Origin: an uncultured Pelagibacteraceae bacterium
GTDB lineage: Bacteria > Pseudomonadota > Alphaproteobacteria > Pelagibacterales > Pelagibacteraceae
Length of the DNA stretch: 64,000 nt
NCBI GenBank assembly: GCA_902576375.1
Contig: CACGUZ010000004.1
Coordinates: forward strand, 4,401 to 68,400
Direction: 5' to 3'
Position 1 is the first letter of the stretch; the number at the start of each line of letters is the position of its first letter. Below are positions 39,301-49,127 of the stretch, piece after piece. The notes below the pieces were generated by a model. That model worked only from the letters and a program-made list of their open reading frames with translations. It made no database searches and was not told the origin of the DNA. A program made the position numbers and the translations under genes.

Positions 39301-39853
39301 ACTTTTTATAAAGATATTAATTATTTTTTTATTTACAATTAATCAATCGTTAACAGAGGAGAATATAATGATTTTAAAATTAAAAGATGGTGATGTAAAG
39401 ATAGAACTATTTTCAGATACAGCACCCAATCATGTCAAAAGAATAAAAGAATTGGCTGATGCTGGTAAGTATGACAATGTGGTGTTTCATAGAGTTATTG
39501 ATGGCTTTATGGCACAAACAGGTGATGTTAAATTTGGTAACTCAAATTCAGATGATTTTGACTTAAGGAGAGCTGGAATGGGTGGATCAGATTTACCTGA
39601 CCTTAAACAAGAATTTAGTAATCTTCCTCATGATCGAGGTACATTGTCTATGGCTAGATCATCAGACCCTAATAGTGCAAATAGTCAATTTTTTATATGT
39701 TTTAAACCAGCACCATTTCTTGATAATCAATATACTGTTTTTGGAAAAGTTATCGAAGGAATGGAATTTGTTGATAAGATCAAAAGGGGTGATGAAAATA
39801 ATAATGGTGCAGTAACAGATCCTGATAAAATTATTAGTTTCAAATCTTTATAA
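39293..39853 (+). CDS. Cyclophilin-type peptidyl-prolyl cis-trans isomerase, probably periplasmic
   Basis: FHRVIDGFMAQTGD and SQFFICF motifs. Hydrophobic N-terminus. Confidence 0.88.
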   Translation: MSKLFIKILIIFLFTINQSLTEENIMILKLKDGDVKIELFSDTAPNHVKRIKELADAGKYDNVVFHRVIDGFMAQTGDVKFGNSNSDDFDLRRAGMGGSDLPDLKQEFSNLPHDRGTLSMARSSDPNSANSQFFICFKPAPFLDNQYTVFGKVIEGMEFVDKIKRGDENNNGAVTDPDKIISFKSL

Positions 39854-39867
39854 TATTCTAATTTCAA

Positions 39868-40974
39868 TTGAAAAAATTTGAATTTAAAGTTTTAAAAAAA
39901 AATAAATTTGCAAGACGCGGTTTAATTGAGACTCACAGAGGTAAAATTGAAACACCAGTTTTTATGCCTGTGGGAACTCAAGCTACAGTAAAAGCTTGTA
40001 CAATAGATGACATAAAAAAAACTGGTTCTCAAATTATTCTATCTAATACTTATCATTTAATGATACGACCAGGTGTTAAAAGAATTGAAGATGCAGGTGG
40101 ACTTCACAAATTTATGAATTGTGATTTACCAATTCTTACAGACTCTGGTGGCTTTCAAGTCATGTCTTTATCAAAACTGAACAAAATAGATAAGGAAAAA
40201 GGGGCAATTTTTAATTCTCATATTGATGGAAAAAAATTTTATCTTAGTCCAGAGGAAAGTATTAAAATTCAATTAGGACTTAATTCCGATATTGTAATGG
40301 TTATGGATGAGTGTCCAAAAAAAACAAATGACTACCAAACTATAGATAAATCTATGAATCTGTCTTTGTATTGGGCTGAAAGATCTAAGAAAGCTTTTGG
40401 GCATAATCCTCACAAAGCTTTATTTGGTATTGTACAAGGAGGTTTATTTAAAGATTTGAGACAAAAATCCCTAAAAGGACTTTTGGAAATTGGATTTGAT
40501 GGTTATGCATTAGGTGGTCTAGCTGTAGGAGAAACTCAAGATGAAATGTTCACTGTTTTAGACGACATTAAGGAACATTTACCCGATGATAAACCTCACT
40601 ATTTAATGGGTGTAGGTACTCCAAATGATATCTTGGGCGCTGTCAAAAGAGGTGTTGATATGTTCGATTGTGTTCTTCCAACAAGATCAGGTAGAACTGG
40701 ACTTGCTTTTACTTGGCAGGGAAGAGTAAATATTAAAAATAATAAATACCAAAATGATAATACTCCCCTAGATCCAGAGTGTAAAAATCTAAATTTGAAT
40801 AAATATTCTAAAAATTATCTAAATCACTTGTTTAATACAAATGAGATTCTTGGATCAATGTTGTTGACATTACACAATATAAATTTCTATCAAGAATTAA
40901 TGAGATCGATTAGAGAAAATATCCAAAATGACACATTTGATACTTTTCATGATAAATACATAGATAAGTTGTAA
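39868..40974 (+). CDS. tgt: Queuine tRNA-ribosyltransferase
   Basis: TTG start. TPVFMPVGT, LTDSGGFQV and GLAVGE motifs. Confidence 0.92.
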   Translation: MKKFEFKVLKKNKFARRGLIETHRGKIETPVFMPVGTQATVKACTIDDIKKTGSQIILSNTYHLMIRPGVKRIEDAGGLHKFMNCDLPILTDSGGFQVMSLSKLNKIDKEKGAIFNSHIDGKKFYLSPEESIKIQLGLNSDIVMVMDECPKKTNDYQTIDKSMNLSLYWAERSKKAFGHNPHKALFGIVQGGLFKDLRQKSLKGLLEIGFDGYALGGLAVGETQDEMFTVLDDIKEHLPDDKPHYLMGVGTPNDILGAVKRGVDMFDCVLPTRSGRTGLAFTWQGRVNIKNNKYQNDNTPLDPECKNLNLNKYSKNYLNHLFNTNEILGSMLLTLHNINFYQELMRSIRENIQNDTFDTFHDKYIDKL

Positions 40975-41003
40975 ATAGTTCAGTTTTTTTTTTAAATTCG
41001 TGT

Positions 41004-41031
41004 TTGAAATATTTAGATTATTCTATATATA
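41004..41031 (+). promoter_or_regulatory. Candidate sigma70-type promoter for tRNA-Lys
   Basis: TTGAAA-N16-TATATA, ending about 21 nt upstream of the tRNA. Confidence 0.3.
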
Positions 41032-41052
41032 GACTTCATTCCAAGTGAATAC

Positions 41053-41128
<76 letters not shown>

Positions 41129-41228
41129 TTAAATTTTTCGTTTAATGGCATAAAGTTTCTATACTTTTATCTCTTAAATATCTTTTATAAAAGGTGTAGG
41201 TTAAGGGTTCAGATCTATATTATTAAAT

Positions 41229-43175
41229 ATGAATATTGACGATGTTAAAGAGGATTTAAAAAAAAAAAATTATAAAAAAGCGCTTATTAGCATTGAAAAA
41301 ATATTAATTAAAAATCCAAATTTGGAACAAAATGTTAATTTAAAAGGTGTAATACTTGCAAATTTAGATCGAGTAATTGAAGCAAGAGAATGTTGGTTTA
41401 ATGCTATAAAAATTAATAGCTCTTATTTTGATCCAATCTATAATTTAGGAGACTCATATTTAAAAAAAAAAAATCATGACGAAGCCTTAAAATATTTTAT
41501 AAAAGCTTCAGAACTTCGGCCAAAAAATTTTATAGTACATTTTAGAATTGGATATCTGTTTATGCAAAAACAAAATTGGGATAAAGCTTTATCGTATTTT
41601 AATAAATCTATGGATTTAAACAATAAATTTCCTAATACTTTTTTTAATATGGCAATTATTCTTAATTTATTAAATAAAAAAAAAGAGTCTATACAATTTT
41701 TTAAGTCTTATATAGAACTTCAACCAAATAATATAGAGGCTTATTACTCACTAGGTATTTGTTATAGAGAAATTGGTGATATTCAAATGGCAGAAAAAAC
41801 ATTTTTAAAAGCTCTTAAGATGAATCCAGACTATCCATATTTAAAAGGTCAATTGCAATTTATGAAAAATCATTTGTGTGACTGGGTTAATTACAATGAA
41901 ACCAAAAAAAATATTGAGAAAGACATAACGCAAAACAAAAAAACAATAACTCCCTGGCAAGCTTTATCAGTAATAGACTCACCTAAATTATTAAAAGATA
42001 ACACAATGTTATTTATTGATAATAAAGAATTTAATAATCAAAATTTGATTGATAAAAAAAAAATTACTTTAGGTTATTTTTCCCCAGACTTTTGCGAACA
42101 TGCTGTATCCAATCAATTTAAACAAATTTTAAAATTACACGATAAAAAGAAATTTGAAATTATTGGTTTTTATCTAAACTCAAAACAAGATGAAAAACTT
42201 TATGAAATGAAAACTTATTTTGATAAATTTTTTGACATAAACCAATTGTCCATAAAAGATATTTTAAAATTAATAAAAACTCAAAAAGTAGACATTGCTA
42301 TAGATTTAGCTGGTTATACCTATTCTAATAAATATCAAATATTTAATGAAAGATGTGCTCCAATTCAGGTTTCCTATTTAGGGTTTGCCGGTTCAACAGG
42401 TTTAAATAATATGGATTATCTAATTGCTGATAAAAATGTGATACCAGACTCTTGTAGGAAGTTTTATACTGAAAAGATTATATATATGCCAAATACTTTT
42501 ATGCCTGGAGATGACACACAAAAAATTTCAGAAAACAAATTAAAAAGGAAAGATTTTGGTATTCCAAATAATGCTGTTATTTATTGTTGTTTTAACAAAA
42601 GCTATAAAATCACACCTGAAATTTTTGATATATGGATCAATATTATAAACGAAGTTGAAAATAGCATTCTTTGGTTAAATATTTCAAATGATCAAACAAA
42701 ATTAAATATTATAAACTATGCCAAAAAAATGGGTTTAAACTCTAATAAAATATTTTTTACCGATAGATCAAAAAAATATGAAGATTATTTAGAAAAACAT
42801 AGTCTAGCTGATATCTTTTTGGACACATTTCCTTATTCTGCTCATTCCACAGGTTATGCATCTTTAATATCAGGAGTTCCTATAGTTACATATAAATCTG
42901 AAACATTTGCAAATAATGTTTGTTCTAGCTTACTTATGGAAGCAGATTTACAAGAGTTTATCACTAAAAATTTATCAGATTATAAAAGGTTAGCTATTGA
43001 ACTAGGTCAAAATAAAAAAAAATTAGATAGTATTAAAAAAAAACTTAAAGAAAATTTTTTAAAAAAAAAGGCATTCAATTCAGGATTATACACTTTATCT
43101 TTGGAAAAAGCTTTTTATAAAATTTATCACTTAAAAAAAAATAATAAAATTTGTAAAGATTTGATTTTAGATTAG
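41229..43175 (+). CDS. TPR-repeat protein fused to a GT41 (SPINDLY/O-GlcNAc-transferase-like) glycosyltransferase domain
   Basis: The N-terminal ~200 aa carry TPR-like repeats (…AYYSLGICYREIGDIQMAEKTFLKALKMNPD…). The C-terminal part has GYFSPDF…H, QVSYLGFAGSTG and …FLDTFPYSAHST motifs typical of bacterial SPY-like proteins. Confidence 0.75.
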   Translation: MNIDDVKEDLKKKNYKKALISIEKILIKNPNLEQNVNLKGVILANLDRVIEARECWFNAIKINSSYFDPIYNLGDSYLKKKNHDEALKYFIKASELRPKNFIVHFRIGYLFMQKQNWDKALSYFNKSMDLNNKFPNTFFNMAIILNLLNKKKESIQFFKSYIELQPNNIEAYYSLGICYREIGDIQMAEKTFLKALKMNPDYPYLKGQLQFMKNHLCDWVNYNETKKNIEKDITQNKKTITPWQALSVIDSPKLLKDNTMLFIDNKEFNNQNLIDKKKITLGYFSPDFCEHAVSNQFKQILKLHDKKKFEIIGFYLNSKQDEKLYEMKTYFDKFFDINQLSIKDILKLIKTQKVDIAIDLAGYTYSNKYQIFNERCAPIQVSYLGFAGSTGLNNMDYLIADKNVIPDSCRKFYTEKIIYMPNTFMPGDDTQKISENKLKRKDFGIPNNAVIYCCFNKSYKITPEIFDIWINIINEVENSILWLNISNDQTKLNIINYAKKMGLNSNKIFFTDRSKKYEDYLEKHSLADIFLDTFPYSAHSTGYASLISGVPIVTYKSETFANNVCSSLLMEADLQEFITKNLSDYKRLAIELGQNKKKLDSIKKKLKENFLKKKAFNSGLYTLSLEKAFYKIYHLKKNNKICKDLILD

Positions 43176-43202
43176 TAAATACGCTATTTTGTTAATCGAA
43201 TT

Positions 43203-44036
43203 TTATGAAACTGGTGGGTATTTTATAATTATTTCGTTTAACCAAGTTTGTATATTTCTGATTCTGCTATCAGATGAAGGATGAGTGCTCATAAATTGAG
43301 GAGGTTCTTTACCTTTATTCGCTTCTTTCATTCTCTCCCATATTTTTTCAGTTTCTCTAATATCATAACCAGATAAAGAAGAAAAAATCATACCTAGATA
43401 ATCAGCTTCACTTTCCTGTTTTCTATTGAATGGATTCATTATACCAATCGAAGATATTAGACCGACAGTGTCCATACCAGTTGACCTATTAATTTGACTT
43501 AAAGCTCCTCCACTAAAAATATCGATAAGAGTAGTGCCTGTTTGTACTAGAACTCCACGACTTGCTCTTTCAACAGAGTGTTTTGCTACAGCATGAGCAA
43601 TCTCATGACCCATAACAGCCGCTAAACCATTTGTATTTTTTGTAATTTTAAGCATACCACTATAAAAGGCAATTTTACCGCCTGGCATACACCAAGCATT
43701 TTTGACTTTATCATTATCTATTAAGATATATTCCCACTTAAAATTAGCAGTTGGATCTGGTAGATTTGATTTATCAAAATAAATTGATATTGCATTTTCC
43801 ATTTTTTTTCCAATTTCTTTTATTTCATTAATGGATTTTGTATCTTTGATTAATTTTTCTTTTTCTTTTACTTTTTCATAAATTTGAGCAGCCTGAGCAT
43901 TTAATTTTGCTTCTGGAATCAGCTTTAATTGTTTTCTATCTGTAATAGGAGCGGTAGTACAAGAGTTAATTACAAAACCACAGCAACCACAACCAACATA
44001 AGTTAAAAATTTTCTTCTATTCATTTTGTAAGACAT
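43203..44036 (-). CDS. M48-family zinc metalloprotease, exported (Tat-like signal, possible lipoprotein)
   Basis: HEIAHAVAKH (HExxH) with a downstream E. N-terminus MSYKMNRRKFLTYVGCGCCGFVINSC. Confidence 0.8.
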   Translation of the reverse strand: MSYKMNRRKFLTYVGCGCCGFVINSCTTAPITDRKQLKLIPEAKLNAQAAQIYEKVKEKEKLIKDTKSINEIKEIGKKMENAISIYFDKSNLPDPTANFKWEYILIDNDKVKNAWCMPGGKIAFYSGMLKITKNTNGLAAVMGHEIAHAVAKHSVERASRGVLVQTGTTLIDIFSGGALSQINRSTGMDTVGLISSIGIMNPFNRKQESEADYLGMIFSSLSGYDIRETEKIWERMKEANKGKEPPQFMSTHPSSDSRIRNIQTWLNEIIIKYPPVS

Positions 44037-44053
44037 TGATATTATATATAATA

Positions 44054-44131
44054 ATGAATCTAAATAATAAAATATTATTAATATTATTCATAATAGCAAT
44101 AGCTTTTGTGATATTTTCGAGTTTTAGATAA
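44054..44131 (+). CDS. Candidate 25-aa single-TM mini-protein, translationally coupled to the DUF502 gene
   Basis: My translation is MNLNNKILLILFIIAIAFVIFSSFR. Its TAA overlaps the DUF502 ATG (TAATG). It was not in the ORF track because it is under 60 aa. Confidence 0.25.
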   Translation: MNLNNKILLILFIIAIAFVIFSSFR

Positions 44132-44751
44132 TGGCAAAACAAAAGAAAAAAAAATCAATTAGTTTAATTCTTAGAAATTATTTTATTACTGGTGTTGTAG
44201 TTTTAATACCTATTGGTTTCACTTTATATCTAAGTAAAATATTAATTGGAATTTCATCTAAAGTAATTCCAGAAAATATAAATCCAAATAGTTATCTACC
44301 ATTTGAAATTCCTGGATTAGAAATAATACTTTCAGTAATTTTTATTACCATCGTTGGAGGTTTGTCTCTATCTTTTTTGGGTAAACGAATTCTTAAACTT
44401 ATCGACGACCTATTCAAAAGAATCCCAGTTTTAAGAACAATTTACTCTGCAATAGTTCAAATGACAGAAACATTCTCTAACAAAGACCAGAACGATAAAA
44501 AAAGTGTTGTTTTGGTTGAGTATCCTAGAAAAGGTGTTTGGGCAGTTGGTTTTGCAACAAAAGAAAATAAAGGTGAGATGGCTGAGAAAACAAACAAAAA
44601 ATTGATTAACGTTTTTGTTCCAACAACACCAAACCCTACAAGTGGTTTCTTACTTATGTTCCCAATCGAGGAGGTTATATATCTTAATATGACTTTTGAG
44701 GAAGCTTCTAAATTTATTGTATCTGCAGGAACATCCACGGGTAAGAGTTAA
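44131..44751 (+). CDS. DUF502-family membrane protein
   Basis: 206 aa, two TM helices. …RIPVLRTIYSAIVQ… and PTTPNPTSGFL motifs are characteristic of DUF502. Confidence 0.75.
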   Translation: MAKQKKKKSISLILRNYFITGVVVLIPIGFTLYLSKILIGISSKVIPENINPNSYLPFEIPGLEIILSVIFITIVGGLSLSFLGKRILKLIDDLFKRIPVLRTIYSAIVQMTETFSNKDQNDKKSVVLVEYPRKGVWAVGFATKENKGEMAEKTNKKLINVFVPTTPNPTSGFLLMFPIEEVIYLNMTFEEASKFIVSAGTSTGKS

Positions 44752-46793
44752 GCAATATCATTAATTATATCAGCTCTATCATATAATTTAATTAATGGTT
44801 TAAATTTACTTATATCTTCATTGTTATTTTGAATTCTTTTAATTTCTTTTTCAGCTAAAATAAAAAGATCATGATTATGAACAGGGTCAGCTAACTTAAA
44901 GTTTTTTATTCCACTTTGTTTAAAGCCTAAAATGTCTCCAAATCCTCTCAATTTCATATCTTCCTCTGATATTTTAAAACCATCATTAGAGTCTTTAAGT
45001 ATACTTATTCTTTTTTTTGCATTATCACTTAAATTTGACTTAAACATTAAAATGCATGAAGACTCTTTACTACCTCTTCCAACTCTACCTCTTAGCTGAT
45101 GCAGTTGAGATAAACCAAATTTATTAGCATTTTCAATAATTATTACATTTGCGTTTGGAAAATCTATACCGACTTCAATTATAGTAGTCGAAACCAAAAT
45201 CTTAAATTCATTTTTTAAGAATTTGTTTAAGATCATTTCTTTTTCTTCTATTGCGGTTTTACCGTGAAGGAGAAAAACTTGTTTAGGAAATAACTCATTT
45301 AAGTATTCTGATTTTTTAACTGCAGAAGAATGATCAAGTTTTTTGGACTCTTCAATTAAAGGGCACACCCAAAATATTTGATTACCCATTTTGATTTCTT
45401 TTTTTATAAATTTTATTACATCATCAATTTTATTTTCAGGTTTACTGTAGGTTTTAACTGGTTTACGAATATTCGGTTTTTCACGAATAATTGAAAGATC
45501 CATATCACCATAAATTGTCATTGTTAAAGTACGTGGAATTGGTGTAGCAGTCATCAAAAGAACATCACAATCTTTTCCGGCTTTATCAGATAACTTCTTC
45601 CTTTGATTTACTCCAAATTTATGTTGTTCATCTATTATTATTAATCCAAGTTTTTTAAATTCCACTTTTTTTTGAAAAAGAGCATGTGTTCCAAAAATTA
45701 TATCAATTTGTTTATTAGATAATTTATTGAGAATTACTTTCTTATCTTTATAAGAAGATTTTCCTGAAATTAATTCAATCTTAATATTTCTGGAAAATAG
45801 TTTTTTAGCTAAAAGAAAATGCTGTCTAGCTAATATTTCAGTTGGTGCCATTACTGCTACCTGAAACCCTGAATTAATTGTGTTAAATGCAGAAAGCAAA
45901 GATACTATTGTTTTTCCACTTCCTACATCACCCTGAAGTAACCTAAACATTTTTTTTTCAGAACATAAATCTTTATTTATTTCACTTAATGTTTTATTTT
46001 GGTCTTTTGTTAATGAAAAATTAAGCTTAGATATAATTTCATTTTGTTTATTAATATTAAAATTTTTTTTTGTTTTTTTTATTTTTTTTATTTTTTTTCT
46101 TATTTCTGAGTTTACCAAAAATGTGGAGAAAATTTCATCATAAGCAAGTCTTTGGTAAAAATTTTCTTTAAATTTACCAATATTTTCTGGTTCATGTAAT
46201 TTTTTGATAGAGTCATTCCAACCTATATTGTTGAATTTTTTCAATATATCTTTTGAATGCCATTCTTCAATTTCAGGTAAATTATTTATTATTTGTAAAA
46301 TTATCTTATTATAAACTTTTTCACTGATACCTTCAGTCAATGAATAACTATTGTGCTTTTGTTTAATTATTGAAGAGTCCTCTGAAATATATTTTGGATT
46401 TGTTAATTGATATTTGTTTTTAAAATATTTAATTTTTCCACTAATCGTAACCTCTTTGCCAATAGGTAATATTTTTTTGATATAACCCTCATAACTGTTA
46501 AAAAAAACGCAATCTATCTCACCAGTATCATCTTTGCATAAAACTCTATTCGGTAAGTTTCTAACTCTTGGGAATGAATATTTAAGAGGTATTATGGTTA
46601 TGGTCTGTATTTCATCTATTTTTAGATCTTTTATCTTAGATGATAAACTTCTATCAGTGTAAGATTTTGGTAGTTTCCATAATAAATCAAAAATAGTATT
46701 TACCTTTTTTTTCTTTAATAAATTTGAAGTTTTGGTTCCTACACCTTTTAGTAGACTGAGATCAGACAATAAGTATTCATAATTTCTTTTCAT
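44748..46793 (-). CDS. recG: ATP-dependent DNA helicase RecG
   Basis: Wedge domain followed by helicase motifs GDVGSGKT, DEQHKFG and QLHQLRGRVGRG. Confidence 0.93.
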   Translation of the reverse strand: MKRNYEYLLSDLSLLKGVGTKTSNLLKKKKVNTIFDLLWKLPKSYTDRSLSSKIKDLKIDEIQTITIIPLKYSFPRVRNLPNRVLCKDDTGEIDCVFFNSYEGYIKKILPIGKEVTISGKIKYFKNKYQLTNPKYISEDSSIIKQKHNSYSLTEGISEKVYNKIILQIINNLPEIEEWHSKDILKKFNNIGWNDSIKKLHEPENIGKFKENFYQRLAYDEIFSTFLVNSEIRKKIKKIKKTKKNFNINKQNEIISKLNFSLTKDQNKTLSEINKDLCSEKKMFRLLQGDVGSGKTIVSLLSAFNTINSGFQVAVMAPTEILARQHFLLAKKLFSRNIKIELISGKSSYKDKKVILNKLSNKQIDIIFGTHALFQKKVEFKKLGLIIIDEQHKFGVNQRKKLSDKAGKDCDVLLMTATPIPRTLTMTIYGDMDLSIIREKPNIRKPVKTYSKPENKIDDVIKFIKKEIKMGNQIFWVCPLIEESKKLDHSSAVKKSEYLNELFPKQVFLLHGKTAIEEKEMILNKFLKNEFKILVSTTIIEVGIDFPNANVIIIENANKFGLSQLHQLRGRVGRGSKESSCILMFKSNLSDNAKKRISILKDSNDGFKISEEDMKLRGFGDILGFKQSGIKNFKLADPVHNHDLFILAEKEIKRIQNNNEDISKFKPLIKLYDRADIINDIA

Positions 46794-46821
46794 ATCTATA
46801 AAGTGATATTATATTCTTATT

Positions 46822-47079
46822 ATGACTGCTGATATAGAACAAATTAAAAAAAAGATTATTTATAGATCAAATTATCGTGGAACAAAAGAAATGGATAAAC
46901 TTTTAGGTGCATTCATAAGTAAATATTTAGATCAATGCAATGGAGAAGATTTAAATCAATTAATTAAACTCTTAGAGATTGATGATAATAATCTTTATAA
47001 TTTCTATAATGGTTTAAACACAGACATACAATTTGAGGATAATAAGATTAATAATTTATTTAAAAATTTTAAATATTAA
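46822..47079 (+). CDS. sdhE: Succinate dehydrogenase flavinylation factor (SdhE/SDHAF2, DUF339)
   Basis: 85 aa. YRSNYRGTKEMDKLLGAF motif. Divergent from recG, as is common in alphaproteobacteria. Confidence 0.8.
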   Translation: MTADIEQIKKKIIYRSNYRGTKEMDKLLGAFISKYLDQCNGEDLNQLIKLLEIDDNNLYNFYNGLNTDIQFEDNKINNLFKNFKY

Positions 47080-47088
47080 AAGTTTTAA

Positions 47089-47178
47089 TGGCGGAGAGAC
47101 TGGGATTCGAACCCAGGAAAGAGTTGCCCCTTTGCCGGTTTTCAAGACCGGTGCTTTCAACCGCTCAGCCATCTCTCC
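47089..47178 (-). tRNA. tRNA-Ser (anticodon TGA), long variable arm, CCA encoded
   Basis: The reverse complement folds as GGAGAGA / anticodon arm CCGGT-CTTGAAA-ACCGG / long extra arm / T arm CTGGG-TTCGAAT-CCCAG / TCTCTCC-G-CCA. Confidence 0.92.
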
Positions 47179-47260
47179 GTGAGCAAGGTTTTATAATTAT
47201 AATTATTTAATTCAACCATAAAATAGTCTATTAAACGTTTATTATCTATTTCATTATTTT

Positions 47261-48139
47261 ATGAACCAGCATTTTAATAAAGGATTAATACTTACATCTT
47301 TGGGATCTTTTTGGTGGGGTTTTATTGGTGTTATATATTTTGAATATGTTGCCTTTATAGGACATGTTGAATTAGTTGTGCATAGATGTTTATGGACTGC
47401 TGTTATGTTAGTCATGACAACTTTTTTTTTTAAAAAATGGAAACTATTTATTAAAAGTATTTCGAATAAAAAAAATCTTTTTTATCTTTTTATCTCAGGT
47501 TCATTAATATTCATAAATTGGGCTATTTGGATTTATGCTGTAGCTACGGAAAGAATAATAGACGCTAGTTTTGGTTACTTCATTATGCCAATTATAAGTG
47601 TTTTATTGGGATACATCTTCTTTAGAGAAAAATTAAATAAAAAAAGAATTTTTTCAATTTTATTAGTAATCATATCTATTTTGATTATGATTTTTCTAAA
47701 TATAAAAACACTTCCATGGGTCGGTATAATCGTAGCTTTGAGTTGGGCATTTTATAATCTGGTAAGAAAAAAAATTGATATAGAAACTGACATAGGACTT
47801 TTAATAGAGAGTTTATATATTTTTCCTTTTGCTCTTATTGTCTTTTACTTTATTTTTGATAAGGGATTAAATGACTTTAGTTTGTCTAATCCAGGTCTGA
47901 GTATGTTTCTATTATTAGCGGGACCCATGACTGTGATTCCTTTATTTTTATATGTAAGAGGTGTTGAATTAATTGGTCTTGGAGCTACAGGAATGATTTT
48001 TTATATTACACCTACATTGCAGTTTATTTTAGGCTACTTTTATTACAATGAGGATTTCTCCTTAATTAAATTAGTGAGTTTTATTATTATCTGGATTGCT
48101 GTAATTATATATCTTAAAGATCTTTATGAAACTAATTAG
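47261..48139 (+). CDS. rarD: RarD/EamA-family (DMT superfamily) permease
   Basis: 292 aa, 10 TM helices. N-terminal GLILTSLGSFWWGFIGVIYF and HRCLW are typical of RarD. Confidence 0.75.
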   Translation: MNQHFNKGLILTSLGSFWWGFIGVIYFEYVAFIGHVELVVHRCLWTAVMLVMTTFFFKKWKLFIKSISNKKNLFYLFISGSLIFINWAIWIYAVATERIIDASFGYFIMPIISVLLGYIFFREKLNKKRIFSILLVIISILIMIFLNIKTLPWVGIIVALSWAFYNLVRKKIDIETDIGLLIESLYIFPFALIVFYFIFDKGLNDFSLSNPGLSMFLLLAGPMTVIPLFLYVRGVELIGLGATGMIFYITPTLQFILGYFYYNEDFSLIKLVSFIIIWIAVIIYLKDLYETN

Positions 48140-49127
48140 CCAAATATTTTTTTTATTTTTACTAACAATATTGAATTGTTACTCTAGTGAAAATATCGAT
48201 TTCAATGAATGGAAAAAGAATTTCAAAAAAGTGGCATTAGCAAATGATATTTCAGAAAAGACTTTTGACACAGCAATGCAAAATGCAAGATTTTTACCTA
48301 AAGTTATTGAATACGATAGATTTCAACCAGAGTTTTATGAGGACACAAAAACATATATTGGCAAACGTACTTCAACTAAAAAATTAAAAAAGGGTTTAGA
48401 TTTTTACGAAAATAATTCAAATCTTATAAATTTAGTTGAAAAAAATTTTGGAGTAGAAAAAGAATTACTTTTATCTTTAATGGGTATCGAGACTAACTTT
48501 GGCACTTATGTTGGAAAAATGGATATAATATCATCATTAGCGACATTAAGTTATGATAAAAGAAGATCAGAGTTTTTTTCAAATGAACTCTTAACTTTAT
48601 TGAGATTAATTGATGATAATCAAATAGATTATAAAACATTGTATGGTTCATGGGCAGGTGCATTTGGTTTTTTTCAGTTTATGCCATCAACAATAAAGAA
48701 TTATGCTTTTGACTACAATAAAGATAATTTTATTGATTTGAAAAATTCTGAAGATGCATATGCATCTGCCGCTAATTATTTAAATAAGATTGGGTGGAAA
48801 AAAAATGATCTTTGTTTTAAGAAAATTGAATTAGATGAAAATACTCCAATTAAATTTTTAAACGTATCAGCTAGAAAATTACATAGTAAAAAGAAAATTA
48901 AATCCTTTAAAAAATATATTAAAAATTATTCTGAATTAAAAATAGATAATGAAAATCAGAAAATAGCAATAATAACACCTGACAAAGATATTATCCCTAA
49001 CGCTCAAACTTTAAGTCCTGCTTATATAGTTTTTGAAAATTATGAAATAATTTTAAAATGGAATAGATCTTTAAGATTTGCACTTGCAGTGTGTACTCTG
49101 AAAGATAAATTTAGAAATGAAATTTAA
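48126..49127 (+). CDS. Lytic murein transglycosylase (MltB/Slt-B-like)
   Basis: SLMGIETNFG (catalytic Glu) and GSWAGAFGFFQFMPST motifs. Confidence 0.85.
   Translation: MKLISQIFFLFLLTILNCYSSENIDFNEWKKNFKKVALANDISEKTFDTAMQNARFLPKVIEYDRFQPEFYEDTKTYIGKRTSTKKLKKGLDFYENNSNLINLVEKNFGVEKELLLSLMGIETNFGTYVGKMDIISSLATLSYDKRRSEFFSNELLTLLRLIDDNQIDYKTLYGSWAGAFGFFQFMPSTIKNYAFDYNKDNFIDLKNSEDAYASAANYLNKIGWKKNDLCFKKIELDENTPIKFLNVSARKLHSKKKIKSFKKYIKNYSELKIDNENQKIAIITPDKDIIPNAQTLSPAYIVFENYEIILKWNRSLRFALAVCTLKDKFRNEI

Noticed and set aside
39582-39815. A 77-aa same-strand ORF in an alternative frame inside the cyclophilin gene.
   Set aside because: It is fully nested in a gene with clear PPIase motifs. It has no RBS, and its translation is low-complexity with no recognisable domain. 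It is most likely a chance open frame.
46035-46100. Dense runs of T (9, 8, 7 and 8 in a row) that look like a non-coding repeat or slippage hotspot.
   Set aside because: They lie within recG on the opposite strand and encode an in-frame Lys-rich linker (KKIKKIKKTKKNF). The frame is intact and helicase motifs follow normally. This is compositional low complexity, not a separate element.
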